35,707 nucleotides of DNA from Deltaproteobacteria bacterium (GCA_030593645.1 JAUVGT010000001.1:1-35707), one strand, 5' to 3'. Shown: positions 17,327 to 26,737, counted from the stretch's first letter. Program-made: numbers and translations. The notes: a model not told the origin generated them from the letters alone.

Positions 17327-17537
17327 CAAATTTGACGGTCTCGTAATCCGCCGTAGGCGGACCAACTTCTGCGTTGTGCTGCATTTTGCAATGATTCAAC
17401 GCCCCGGTTAAATGAAAAATACAGATTTAACAGGGCAGGTCCGATAAGTACGCTTCATCATTACAAAAATTGCACGCCTTGAATTTGAACTCTTTACGAA
17501 ACCATCACATTCGGACTTTTTACGAAACCATCAAATT
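17327..17537 (+). repeat. Repeat family A, expanded copy inside the che-1 operon
   Basis: It has the same ends and core as 7219-7381. It carries a 15-nt hairpin (TCCGCCGTAGGCGGA) replacing part of the left end. It also has an insertion of about 40 nt in the apical loop (17401-17443). Confidence 0.85.
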
Positions 17538-17592
17538 TAGTAATGGTTTATATGCAGGTTTACTTTATAAAATGGAAAAGTACATATAAATA

Positions 17593-18705
17593 ATGGAAAA
17601 TCGGTTTTTAAAAGTGCTTGTGGTCGATGACACGGTTGTTTACCGCAAGGTTGTAAGTGACATTCTGAAAGAGATTCCGGGTATTGAAGTCGTCGGTATT
17701 GCCAATAACGGAAGGATCGCTCTGGCAAAAATTGACAGGCTGAAACCCAATCTATTGATTTTGGATATTGAAATGCCTGAAATGAACGGTCTTGAAGTAC
17801 TTTCCCATATTAAAAAGGAAGGACTCGACATTGGCGCCATAATGCTAAGCACCTTAACGAAACAGGGCGGAGAAATTACCATGAAATCTCTGGAGCTGGG
17901 CGCCTTTGATTTTATTACAAAACCACAGGAAGGTAATCTCAGGGAAAACAGAGATCGGCTGAAAAATATTTTTATTCCCATGCTCAAAGCGTTTAAGAGG
18001 CGCGTGGAAATAAGAAATATTTTAAAAGGCAAGAGAACTCCCGAAACAGGCAGTAATGACATCAGGGGATTTCGGGAATCAGCCGATGTGGTACAGCGAA
18101 TAAACACTCATGGCAAACGGAAAAAAAGTAAATCAAAAATTGTAGCAATCGGTATTTCAACCGGGGGACCGAATGCGCTTTCGAAAATGCTTCCGGAACT
18201 TCCCGGGGATTTAAATGTTCCTATCCTTGTGGTACAGCATATGCCTCCAATTTTTACAAAGTCGCTGGCCATGAACCTTAATTTAAAATGCAAATTGGAG
18301 GTCAGAGAGGCCGGTGATGGTGAACCGATTCAGGCGAATACTATTTTTATCGCTCCGGGCGGAAAACAAATGAAAGTCGCGGTCGGACTTGGTGATTCAG
18401 ATATGATCATCAGAATTACGGATGATCCGCCTGAAAACAGCTGCAAACCATCCGTTGACTATCTTTTCAGGTCCATAGCAAAACATTATACGGGTCGTAA
18501 TACCGGTGTCATCATGACAGGTATGGGGGCTGACGGCGCGGAAAGCATTAAATTGATGAAGGAAAACGGATCAACTATTATTGCACAAAATGAGGCAACC
18601 TGTGTGGTCTACGGGATGCCGAAGGAACCGATCAATGCGGGGATCGCGGATGTGATTTCACCGTTAAATAAAATATCCGAGGAAATATGCAGAACGGTAA
18701 GATAG
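17593..18705 (+). CDS. cheB: Chemotaxis response regulator protein-glutamate methylesterase CheB
   Basis: The 370-aa product has a receiver (VLVVDDT...LLILDIEMPEMNG). Its methylesterase domain shows GISTGGPNAL, VVQHMPP and GMGADG. Confidence 0.92.
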   Translation: MENRFLKVLVVDDTVVYRKVVSDILKEIPGIEVVGIANNGRIALAKIDRLKPNLLILDIEMPEMNGLEVLSHIKKEGLDIGAIMLSTLTKQGGEITMKSLELGAFDFITKPQEGNLRENRDRLKNIFIPMLKAFKRRVEIRNILKGKRTPETGSNDIRGFRESADVVQRINTHGKRKKSKSKIVAIGISTGGPNALSKMLPELPGDLNVPILVVQHMPPIFTKSLAMNLNLKCKLEVREAGDGEPIQANTIFIAPGGKQMKVAVGLGDSDMIIRITDDPPENSCKPSVDYLFRSIAKHYTGRNTGVIMTGMGADGAESIKLMKENGSTIIAQNEATCVVYGMPKEPINAGIADVISPLNKISEEICRTVR

Positions 18706-18815
18706 TGGATCATGGGAATGTGGTCACACGAACAAATCGAACCGGGATGGATGAAGAAATCCGCAAAATCCCGGAACAGATAAACCATTACATTATTTAA
18801 GAAGCCAAAATTATA

Positions 18816-19658
18816 ATGATTGAAATTAATCCGGATGAGTTCCGGCTCATTGCTAAATATATACATGATATTTCAGGTATTTATCTGGAATCCAATAAAT
18901 CCTATCTGATCGAGACAAGATTGAGCGGGATTTTGGAGGAAACCGGGTGCAGATCTTATGGTGAATTATGCACAAGAGCCAAATCAGACATGACAGGCTC
19001 GATCGCAAATAAAATTATCGGTGCAATTTCAACCAATGAAACACTATTTTTCAGAGATACAGGGCCGTTTGAGGTGCTTCAACATAAAATTCTTCCGGAT
19101 TTGATTGATCGAAAAACACTTAACGCTTCCGAGCTGTTACCCATACCCATTCGTATCTGGAGCGCCGCCTGCGCAACCGGACAGGAATTATACAGCATCA
19201 GCATTGTATTGAGAGAACTGTTCCTCAATCCGAACAGGTACACTATCAAATTGCTTGGCACCGATATTTCTGACGAGGCCATTGCCCGGGCCAGTTACGG
19301 TAAATTTAACAGGTTTGAAATTGAAAGGGGACTTCCCCCCAATATCCTTAAGAAATATTTTAGTCCCAATGGTGATGGCTGGAAGATTAATGATGACATC
19401 CGGGCCATGATATTGTTTAAAAAGCTAAACTTGTTAAAGCCTTTTGAAAGTCTTGGTAAGTTTGATATCATTTTTTGCAGAAATGTGGCGATATATTTTA
19501 ATATGGAAGACAGGAAAAAGCTGTTTAACAAATTGGCAAACGCCATGGAACCGGGAGGGTATCTTGTTATAGGCTCTACCGAATCGCTCACCGGTATCTG
19601 CTCAAGATTTGAACCCAAAAGGCATCTTCGAACCATTTTTTACCAGCGGGTTGAATAA
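18816..19658 (+). CDS. cheR: Chemotaxis protein methyltransferase CheR
   Basis: The 280-aa product has a CheR N-domain (FRLIAKYIHDISGIYL, TNETLFFRD). Its SAM-binding fold shows RIWSAACATGQELYSI and FCRNVAIYF. Confidence 0.9.
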   Translation: MIEINPDEFRLIAKYIHDISGIYLESNKSYLIETRLSGILEETGCRSYGELCTRAKSDMTGSIANKIIGAISTNETLFFRDTGPFEVLQHKILPDLIDRKTLNASELLPIPIRIWSAACATGQELYSISIVLRELFLNPNRYTIKLLGTDISDEAIARASYGKFNRFEIERGLPPNILKKYFSPNGDGWKINDDIRAMILFKKLNLLKPFESLGKFDIIFCRNVAIYFNMEDRKKLFNKLANAMEPGGYLVIGSTESLTGICSRFEPKRHLRTIFYQRVE

Positions 19659-19732
19659 GAAAGAGGAATAGAGATAGTTTTAAAAACAATGCGGGATTTA
19701 AATATCGGTTCCAGTTGATTAAGGAGCAAATA

Positions 19733-20305
19733 ATGGGAAAATTAAAAATTCTGGCTGTCGATGATGACCCGGTAACATTACTGCTGATCGAAAAGAAATT
19801 GAACAGGCAGGGGTATGTTATTGAGACCGCAAAGAGTGGTAAAGAAGCAGTTGAATATATTTCAGAGCAGCCCTATGATGTGATTCTGACCGATTTAATG
19901 ATGCCCGGAAGTATCGATGGTATCGGGGTATTGGATGCGGTAAAAAGAAGGTATGAGAATACTCATGTCATTTTGCTGACAGCACATGCTTCAGTTGATA
20001 CAGCTGTTGAAGCAATGAAAAAAGGGGCCGCGGATTACCTGCAGAAACCGATTAATTTCGATGAATTGATGATACGGCTTGAAAGGATTAACAGCCTGAA
20101 GGTCCTCGAAAAGAATGCGGGTGATTTGCGTGAGGCCATGGATATTACGGAAAAAAACGCCGGGCAGACAATACAGGACCTGGAGATGACTGTTTCCGGT
20201 TTAAAAAATAAGCTGCTCAGGATCAGGGATATTCTATCTGAAGAAAATAAATCTTCGGATGAACGCATCAAAGACACTCTTGGGATGTTGGTTGATTTTA
20301 AGTGA
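19733..20305 (+). CDS. Response regulator: receiver plus C-terminal coiled coil of about 70 aa, with no output domain
   Basis: I place the start at the ATG at 19733, after AAGGAG. The ORF-track start at 19715 is TTG. The receiver resembles the NtrC type (ILAVDDDPV..VILTDLMMPG..LLTAHASVDTAVEAMKKGAADYLQKP). There is no AAA+ or HTH domain. Confidence 0.8.
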   Translation: MGKLKILAVDDDPVTLLLIEKKLNRQGYVIETAKSGKEAVEYISEQPYDVILTDLMMPGSIDGIGVLDAVKRRYENTHVILLTAHASVDTAVEAMKKGAADYLQKPINFDELMIRLERINSLKVLEKNAGDLREAMDITEKNAGQTIQDLEMTVSGLKNKLLRIRDILSEENKSSDERIKDTLGMLVDFK

Positions 20306-20350
20306 TATTAGAGCCTGATATTTCGAGTTCTGTCAATGGTTCAAATCTTT

Positions 20351-20651
20351 TATTTTATCAAATAAAACCTGGTCCTTTGGGCCAGGTCAGAGATAAATGG
20401 CTCTGCCTGAGAAATAAATCAAAGTGCCTAAAGTGAGCTAAGGTGCACTAAAGTGCACTAAAGTGCCTAAAGTTCCGGAGTCGCTATAAGCTCCATCTTT
20501 TAAATAAAAACAGACAGAATTCATACAAGGCACTTTAGTCACTTAAGAGCACTTTAGGCACTTGTTAAATCCCCTTATAGGGGTGTTCCACCGCCGCTAA
20601 AGCTATGGCGGACAAGTCAAAGCCGGGCCCTTTGGACCCGGATTTTTACTC
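20351..20651 (+). repeat. Repeat family B, copy 2 (expanded forward array)
   Basis: It has the same architecture as 8292-8567. The forward array holds 6 units (CAAAGTGCC TAAAGTGAGC TAAGGTGCAC TAAAGTGCAC TAAAGTGCC TAAAGTTCC, about 20420-20476). It ends in the same terminator-like hairpin plus ATTTTT. Confidence 0.85.
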
Positions 20652-20747
20652 CACCTCTAAAGTGAAGGGCAGCCACAGCAGGCCGCACCAACACCCGATC
20701 GAAGGTTTTGAAACCATCTCTATTGAATTGAAAAAAAAAGGTGATTT

Positions 20748-21857
20748 ATGGAAAACGTGTATTCGATTATTGAAAACCTTAAAGGCATGTTGAACGGAGA
20801 TTCCATTTATATGAGCGTTCTTCTGAAGAGTATTGCCGCCATCATCGGTTCGCTTTTAATATGGCTAATATTGAAATTCATATTAAACTCATTTGAAAAA
20901 AAAATAAAAAGAACCGAATTTTTCCAAAAAAATTTACAGACCTTTCCGTTGATCAAAAAGGTTGTTTTTTATGTCATTGTTTTTATTACGGGAAGCTACA
21001 TCTTGGGAATTTTTAATGTCAAGTGGCTTGGGAAAGTATTTTATGCTGTAATGCTCCTGCTTACGGCGGTACCGGTAAAAGAATTTGTCACTCTTGCCCT
21101 AAAGTATCTGGAAACCCGTATTGTCACAAAAACCGAAAATAAAATAGATGATATTGTTTTTGACATTCTTAACAAATTTACCGGCGCCATCATTTTTTCG
21201 ATAGCGATTATATTCGCACTTGATATACTGGGCATCAATATTATGCCGATTATAGCCGGCGCGGGTATCGCGGGAGTTGCGATCGGATTTGCGGCCAAGG
21301 ATACACTTTCAAACCTCATTGCAGGGATTCTGCTGATTGTTGATCGGCCGTTTGAGCTGGGTGACAGGATAGAAGTTTGGAATGCTCCCTCCGGGAGTTC
21401 CACATGGGGCGATGTGATCGATATCGGGTTAAGGGCGACAAAGATAAAGACCACAGACAATATTGTGATTATTATTCCCAATAATGAAATCATGAAACGC
21501 GATATTATCAACTATACCATCATTAATTCAAAGATCAGGGTGCGTATCAATATCGGGGTTGCTTATGATTCCGACATTGATAAGGTCAAAGAGCTGATAC
21601 TTAAAGTTGCCGATTCTGTTGAATGGTTATCACAGACCCCGCCGCCAAAGGTGGTGGTCAGAAATTTTGGAGAATCCTCAGTCGATCTTCAACTGAGGAT
21701 ATGGATTGAAAACGCGCGCAGACGCATGGATACGATTTCTTATGTAACAGATAAGGTAAAATCCATATTCAATAAAGAAGGGATTGAAATACCGTTCCCA
21801 ACGAGAGAGATTTTTATAAGACATGTGACTGGTGAACCCTCAGTCCTGAAATCCTGA
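20748..21857 (+). CDS. Mechanosensitive ion channel family protein (MscS-like)
   Basis: The 369-aa product has N-terminal TM helices. The MscS pore/beta-domain signature reads AAKDTLSNLIAGILLIVDRPFELGDRIEV...GDVIDIGLRATKIKTTDN. Confidence 0.85.
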   Translation: MENVYSIIENLKGMLNGDSIYMSVLLKSIAAIIGSLLIWLILKFILNSFEKKIKRTEFFQKNLQTFPLIKKVVFYVIVFITGSYILGIFNVKWLGKVFYAVMLLLTAVPVKEFVTLALKYLETRIVTKTENKIDDIVFDILNKFTGAIIFSIAIIFALDILGINIMPIIAGAGIAGVAIGFAAKDTLSNLIAGILLIVDRPFELGDRIEVWNAPSGSSTWGDVIDIGLRATKIKTTDNIVIIIPNNEIMKRDIINYTIINSKIRVRINIGVAYDSDIDKVKELILKVADSVEWLSQTPPPKVVVRNFGESSVDLQLRIWIENARRRMDTISYVTDKVKSIFNKEGIEIPFPTREIFIRHVTGEPSVLKS

Positions 21858-22184
21858 ATCATCGATCAGTTGATCAATAATCGCATGATGGTCCTTTGAA
21901 ACATTAAGCAATTGAAACCCGGTGATGTAAAAATTGGGATTAATATCCCTGTCGCACCTGATACTTTTGGCATCAAAAATCAGTTCGGATTTATCCAGAA
22001 TCGTTTTTGGCAAAACCATTTTCAGCTTAAACAGGATACCCGTTTCCAGGGGGTTTTCAGTAATCAGTTGTATCCCGTTTGGTGTAATATCGATCAGGTT
22101 TCCGAGCAGCTCATTACTGTTCCTGTCGAATACTTTGAGGTAGTAAATCAAATGCCTTCTTTTGAGGTTTCTTTTTTCTTTCAT
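21840..22184 (-). CDS. Single-domain PilZ protein (putative c-di-GMP receptor)
   Basis: The 114-aa product has an RxxxR motif (RNLKRRH) near the N-terminus. It also has a D-x-(S/T)-x-x-G motif (DITPNG). GGAGAG lies upstream. Its 3' end overlaps the mscS 3' end by 18 nt. Confidence 0.65.
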   Translation of the reverse strand: MKEKRNLKRRHLIYYLKVFDRNSNELLGNLIDITPNGIQLITENPLETGILFKLKMVLPKTILDKSELIFDAKSIRCDRDINPNFYITGFQLLNVSKDHHAIIDQLIDDSGFQD

Positions 22185-22220
22185 GTGTCAGCTCTCCGTG
22201 TTGAAGTCATGAAGCCGAAT

Positions 22221-23468
22221 TTATTCCAGCGCTACCGGTTTTCCGGCCTTCTTTCTGGCAGCCATCCACTCTTCCTTAGATCTTGCGGCCTCTTCACCGG
22301 ACATGACACCGATAATCTCAAAATAGTCCTGCTTAAACTTATCTTTCAGAACTTCCGCCTGCGGTTTGCATTTTACAGCATAAACCGTCTGGGTGGATTG
22401 GTGGTCGAACCTGCGCCAAATCTGGTCGTCTTTTAATAACCTGTATTTATGTCCTTCAAGGGCGGCGATAACAGAGCCGGTATCGAATGTTCTCGCCCTT
22501 TCAACCGCGTTTTTATATTCATACAAAATTGTATACGCAGAAGCTGCCGAGGTTGAAGGGTACGCATTATACCTCCCGGCAAAATCCCTTACAAACTTTT
22601 TCCCCCGTTCATAGTCATAGGAAAAAGGTATGTTCCAGGACCATGGCAGTGCTCCGACAACCCCTTCCATAACTGAGGGCCCTGCGGTTTCCGCCATCCC
22701 GAGGGTTAGGTTTGGAACCACAATATCCATTTTTTCCTTTAATCCCATATTGACTGCCGCGGTTACACCCTTGGCCATATCTTTTCCGAATAATACCAGC
22801 ACCAGAACATCCGCGTTTGAAAATCTTGCTTTTGAAATGGCCCGGTGGAAATCCATCTCGACCGCGTTGGGAAATGGAACATACACTCGTTTATGTATTT
22901 TTTTGTCAAGGGTATCTGAAAATTGGCGAATCGACTTTTCGGTGGTCCAGCCCCAGGTATAATCAGCGGTGACATAGAAAAATTTTTTGCCTTCATACTT
23001 GCTTTTTAAATATTTACTGAGTACTTTTGCCCCCATCCAGGCGTTGTAGCATTCCCTGAATATATGTTTGTGGCCTTCTTTACCGGTTGTGGAATTGGAG
23101 TAAGTCAGGGTTCCGAAAAAGAGCTTATCTTTCGATTTCGCGGTTTTACCACTTTTTATCGCCACATTGCTGGCAGAACCTCCAAAAATCATCTCACAAC
23201 CCTCACCGATCATGTCTTTAACATTTTTTTCGGAAGTTATGGGCTCTGATTTTGAATCCCTGGATAACAGTTCAATCCTCCTGCCCATAATGCCTCCCTT
23301 TGCATTGATCTCTTCCGCCGCCATTTTTGCCGCACGCAGCTGGGCCTTGCCCTGAACCGAATATGTTCCCGTTTCAGGATAATTCAGGCCGATCTTTATT
23401 GTTGCGGCGTCTGCACCGGAAAATAACCAGAGAATGATGAGAATTGAAAAAAATGATTTTTTCAGCAT
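22221..23468 (-). CDS. Periplasmic ABC-type substrate-binding protein, LivK / branched-chain-amino-acid-binding family (orphan)
   Basis: I place the start at the ATG at 23468, after GGAGG. The ORF-track start is 23483. The signal peptide is MLKKSFFSILIILWLFSGADA. The Peripla_BP_6-like N-terminus reads IKIGLNYPETGTYSVQGKAQLRAAKMAAEEINAKGGIMGRRIEL. No permease or ATPase genes lie in the window. Confidence 0.75.
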   Translation of the reverse strand: MLKKSFFSILIILWLFSGADAATIKIGLNYPETGTYSVQGKAQLRAAKMAAEEINAKGGIMGRRIELLSRDSKSEPITSEKNVKDMIGEGCEMIFGGSASNVAIKSGKTAKSKDKLFFGTLTYSNSTTGKEGHKHIFRECYNAWMGAKVLSKYLKSKYEGKKFFYVTADYTWGWTTEKSIRQFSDTLDKKIHKRVYVPFPNAVEMDFHRAISKARFSNADVLVLVLFGKDMAKGVTAAVNMGLKEKMDIVVPNLTLGMAETAGPSVMEGVVGALPWSWNIPFSYDYERGKKFVRDFAGRYNAYPSTSAASAYTILYEYKNAVERARTFDTGSVIAALEGHKYRLLKDDQIWRRFDHQSTQTVYAVKCKPQAEVLKDKFKQDYFEIIGVMSGEEAARSKEEWMAARKKAGKPVALE

Positions 23469-23551
23469 ATTTATTGCCTCCATTTGGTTTTTACTTTTTA
23501 AGGCGTTTTATGATATGAACAATTTCCCCTGCTGACGATGGTTTAAATGAA

Positions 23552-25813
23552 TCATGCCACTTTCCTGTCTTGAGCATTCTTGTCACTATCGGAAATATCA
23601 TCACCCAGTTTAAAGACTTCCACAGATTCACGCAACTGATCAGCAGTTTCAGCCATTGACTTCATGGACAATGCGGTCTGCTTACTGGCAGATGCTGTCT
23701 GGGTGGTGGTTTTACCGACACGTTCCATGGTATGTGAAATTTCAGTCGAGACCTTAGCCTGTGCATTCGCGGCATGGGTAATCGACTGGATCTGTCTGGC
23801 AAGATCCATCGAATCCTTTTCAATTTCCTGGAGTTTGTTATGGGCACCATCAGCCAGTCTGGAACCCTGCACAACCCTTTGGATGCTTTCTTCCATGCTG
23901 GTGCCGGCTTCATTGATTTCACCCTGTATGTTTTTAACAAGCGCATCGATTTGTTTTGTTGAACTGGTGGAACGTTCGGCAAGACGCTGGACTTCTTCCG
24001 CGACCACGGCGAATCCTCGTCCGGCTTCACCGGCCATAGCTGCCTGAATGGACGCGTTTAACGCCAGGATGGATGTCCGGTCGGCAATATCATTGATCAG
24101 CTGCACGATATTACCGATTTCCTGGGAGCTTTCACCCAGACGTTTGATTGTGCGTGCGGTTTCCTGGACGTTATCACGAATCGCTTCCATTGCTCGGTTT
24201 GTGTCCTGGACCGCCTGGGCTCCATCTTTTGCGTGAATCATTGATTGTTCAGAAATTGAAGTGGACTTTATGGCAAATTCAGCCATCTGTTTGATGGCGG
24301 CAGACATTTTATTGATGGTTGATATCGCGTTTGTGATCTGGACTGCCTGTGTCTCACTGGTGTTCGACAGTTTCTCGGTGGAGAGACTGATATCTTTTGA
24401 TGTGGTACCCACTTTAATGGTTGCCTTCTTAACGTCCCGGACAACGTGACTTAACTGTTCGGCCATTGCGTTAAACGAATCCGCGATAGCACCTGTAACG
24501 TCTTCAGTCACCTCGGCTCGCGCTGTAAGATCGCCATCGGTCAGAGCACTGACTTCGTCAAGAAGTTTCATGATTGATTTCTGAACCGCATCACGCTGTT
24601 CCTGACTTTGAATCAGTACCAGTGTATTGTCAAGCATGGCATTCAATGAAGAAGCCATGGTGCCGAGCTCATCAGTCGTTTTTGTGGTGGTACGGGCGGC
24701 AAAATTTCCCATTCCGATTTCATGGTATACATTTGTGATTTCACGGACCGGTTTCCCGACGGTTTTGTTGACAAGAAACCAGATCAGTAAGCTGCCCACC
24801 AGGGCAAGGGAAAGTCCTGCAGCCAGAGCGATATATTGACTTTGCGCGATCTGGGCAAGTACCAGGGTCCTGTCCAGGTGCACTTCAAGTGTACCAATGG
24901 AACTGTTGTTATAGTCATGCAGAACAGTTATGGCAATGGTCTGTTTGCCTGGATTATCATAATGATAGTAAATATCTTTGGTTCCTTTCTTTACGGCATT
25001 GACACGCTGGCTATAAATGTCTGCGGGTGTTTTTATTTTGCCTTTTCCCCAGCTTGTTGCAAATTCCATAAAATCCTGTTTTTTGATTCTTATCCTGTCT
25101 TTTTTTTCCATGGCTTGGAAAAAGGCATTAAGTTCCGATGCTTTGGTATAAAAATAGATCGCGGAGTTGATGTGGTATTCTGTGCTGATGCCGGCAAGAA
25201 ATTCAGAGCTTAAACCTGTTCCAAATTCCACAGAGCCCATATGGTCGTCTTCTGAAGATATCGGTACAATACCACGTATCGCCGCGGAATATCGACCGAT
25301 TTCTATACCGCTTGTAGGAACTTTTTCAAAGTTAACCCTGTTTACAGCCGGACGGAACCCAGAAAGATCATCACCGTATAATTCAAGATTGTCCAGACGA
25401 AGAAATGATTTTGCGGGCGGGATATGAAACTGGCTTTTCGTCGCGGTACCAATAATTGGCAAAAGAGAATTAAAGCCGGGTACAGTAAGGGCTGCAAGGG
25501 CTTCCCTGTCCCGGTCAGCAAAGATATCCTGTACATCCGACCGGCTGCTTGTGACGGTTGCAAGGGCCAGAGCAAGTTTTTCACTGTTTTTGATCTGACC
25601 TTTAAGGATTTGTATTTGTGTTTCCAGAACAGCTTTTTCCTGCTGCAGCAGAAGGTCTTCCTGTGATATTATGTTTAACCATACAAGAGCGGCAATAACA
25701 GCGATAAAGCCCAAAATACTGGCGATAAGAATTTTTAGGGATACTCTTGAGTCAATAAATCCCTTAACTTGGGGTATACCCGTTTTTGAAAACAAATTGG
25801 TCAATGAGGACAT
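23552..25813 (-). CDS. Methyl-accepting chemotaxis protein with a periplasmic Cache-like sensor, HAMP and MCP signalling domain
   Basis: The 753-aa product has GGAGG upstream. Two TM segments flank a region of about 270 aa with Cache-like motifs ([39 protein letters not shown]). HAMP is present ([15 protein letters not shown]). The conserved hairpin tip reads [40 protein letters not shown]. Confidence 0.9.
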   Translation of the reverse strand: MSSLTNLFSKTGIPQVKGFIDSRVSLKILIASILGFIAVIAALVWLNIISQEDLLLQQEKAVLETQIQILKGQIKNSEKLALALATVTSSRSDVQDIFADRDREALAALTVPGFNSLLPIIGTATKSQFHIPPAKSFLRLDNLELYGDDLSGFRPAVNRVNFEKVPTSGIEIGRYSAAIRGIVPISSEDDHMGSVEFGTGLSSEFLAGISTEYHINSAIYFYTKASELNAFFQAMEKKDRIRIKKQDFMEFATSWGKGKIKTPADIYSQRVNAVKKGTKDIYYHYDNPGKQTIAITVLHDYNNSSIGTLEVHLDRTLVLAQIAQSQYIALAAGLSLALVGSLLIWFLVNKTVGKPVREITNVYHEIGMGNFAARTTTKTTDELGTMASSLNAMLDNTLVLIQSQEQRDAVQKSIMKLLDEVSALTDGDLTARAEVTEDVTGAIADSFNAMAEQLSHVVRDVKKATIKVGTTSKDISLSTEKLSNTSETQAVQITNAISTINKMSAAIKQMAEFAIKSTSISEQSMIHAKDGAQAVQDTNRAMEAIRDNVQETARTIKRLGESSQEIGNIVQLINDIADRTSILALNASIQAAMAGEAGRGFAVVAEEVQRLAERSTSSTKQIDALVKNIQGEINEAGTSMEESIQRVVQGSRLADGAHNKLQEIEKDSMDLARQIQSITHAANAQAKVSTEISHTMERVGKTTTQTASASKQTALSMKSMAETADQLRESVEVFKLGDDISDSDKNAQDRKVA

Positions 25814-25872
25814 GTGTTACCTCCGTTTATATATTTTCAAACCATTAAACTATTGTCGGATCATTCTAAATA

Positions 25873-26008
25873 AATGTTGACGGTCTCGTAAAAAGTCCAA
25901 CTTCTGCGTTGTGCTGTATTTCGCAATCATTCAACGTACTATAAGTACGCTTCATGATTACGAAATTTGCACGCCTTGAATTTGAACTCTTTACGAAACC
26001 ATCAATTG
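25873..26008 (+). repeat. Repeat family A, short form
   Basis: aatgTTGACGGTCTCGTAAAAAGTCCAACTTCTGCG...GAACTCTTTACGAAACCATCAAttgt has the same core as the other copies. It lacks the duplicated outer right end. It lies between the CheY stop (26033) and the MCP start (25813). Confidence 0.85.
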
Positions 26009-26032
26009 TATCACCATAATTAAAAAAAGAGA

Positions 26033-26398
26033 TTATAAAAGCTTTTTTACATTTGTGAGCAGTTCATCGTCTGTAAACGGTTTTGTCATATATTCATCCG
26101 CTCCCTGTTTCAATCCCCAGAAACGATCACTGTCCTGTGTTTTACTTGTCAGCATGACGATTTTAATATCCTGCGTTGATGGCGAAGTCTTCAGCTGTCT
26201 GCATACCTGGAAGCCATTTTTCTTAGGCAGGATAACATCCAGTACGATCAGGTGAGGGTGTTCATCAACAGCCTTTGACAAGGCTTCTTCACCGTCGATT
26301 GCAGTTAAAATATGATAACCGTTATCCTCTAAAAGCTCCTTAATCAGCCGAAGGTTTGTCGGACTGTCTTCAACCACCAGAATGTTTTTTTCAGCCAT
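26033..26398 (-). CDS. Single-domain response regulator, PilG/PilH-like CheY
   Basis: I place the start at the ATG at 26398, after AAGGAGG. The ORF-track start is 26482. Motifs are ILVVEDSPTN...LIVLDVILPKKNG...MLTSK..FWGLKQGADEYMTKPF. It is a paralog of the gene at 33145-33510. Confidence 0.88.
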   Translation of the reverse strand: MAEKNILVVEDSPTNLRLIKELLEDNGYHILTAIDGEEALSKAVDEHPHLIVLDVILPKKNGFQVCRQLKTSPSTQDIKIVMLTSKTQDSDRFWGLKQGADEYMTKPFTDDELLTNVKKLL

Positions 26399-26511
26399 TG
26401 TTATCCTCCTTGAGTGACCGCTATTTCCCATGCGGAACATCCCTCTTTTTTTAAAGTGAAAGGAATAGTCCGAATGGAACATAGCATTCTAATCTGGTGC
26501 ATCAAGGGCAG

Positions 26512-26534
26512 GGATTACCTGCCCTTTCTCCATG
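26512..26534 (-). other. Stable 9-bp hairpin after the small ORF
   Basis: AAGGGCAGG-GATTA-CCTGCCCTT starts about 14 nt downstream of the small-ORF stop on the minus strand. There is no U-tract, so it may be a stability or processing element rather than a terminator. Confidence 0.3.
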
Positions 26535-26548
26535 GGATCGCACCGGGT

Positions 26549-26704
26549 TCATTTCTTAACAAATTCATCTATTCCCTCTTCTTTCCAAACCTTGAGAGTC
26601 CGCTCATCTTTGGGATCAATTTTAACACCGATTGCATTGACAGGGACATCAAACTTTTTTTGAACCACAATCCAATTTTTTTTCACGGCCGGGTCAATAC
26701 TCAT
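26549..26704 (-). CDS. Small hypothetical protein (51 aa), not in the ORF track
   Basis: My translation is MSIDPAVKKNWIVVQKKFDVPVNAIGVKIDPKDERTLKVWKEEGIDEFVKK. The SD-like GGGGGTGAT lies 4-6 nt upstream of the ATG. It starts 33 nt after the M16 peptidase stop on the same strand. I do not recognise the family. Confidence 0.45.
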   Translation of the reverse strand: MSIDPAVKKNWIVVQKKFDVPVNAIGVKIDPKDERTLKVWKEEGIDEFVKK

Positions 26705-26737
26705 ATCATCACCCCCTTTTAAAAAATGTAATTATTC

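Noticed and set aside
18705-18815. Small ORFs (23-31 aa) in the cheB-cheR spacer, one starting with a GTG overlapping the cheB stop.
   Set aside because: They have no SD, they are very short, and the frame choice is ambiguous. There is nothing to distinguish them from chance.
20605-20793. A 62-aa ORF beginning MADKSKPGPLDPDFY.
   Set aside because: Its first 15 codons are repeat-B sequence. The same ATG in copy 1 (8521) reads into a different, short frame. It overlaps the mscS start. It is a repeat-derived artefact.
21912-22436. A 174-aa plus-strand ORF across the PilZ/SBP region.
   Set aside because: It is antisense to two supported genes, has no motifs, and crosses their intergenic spacer.
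26414-26722. A 102-aa plus-strand ORF.
   Set aside because: It is antisense to the CheY start and to the better-supported 51-aa minus-strand ORF. It has no SD, and all neighbouring genes are on the minus strand.
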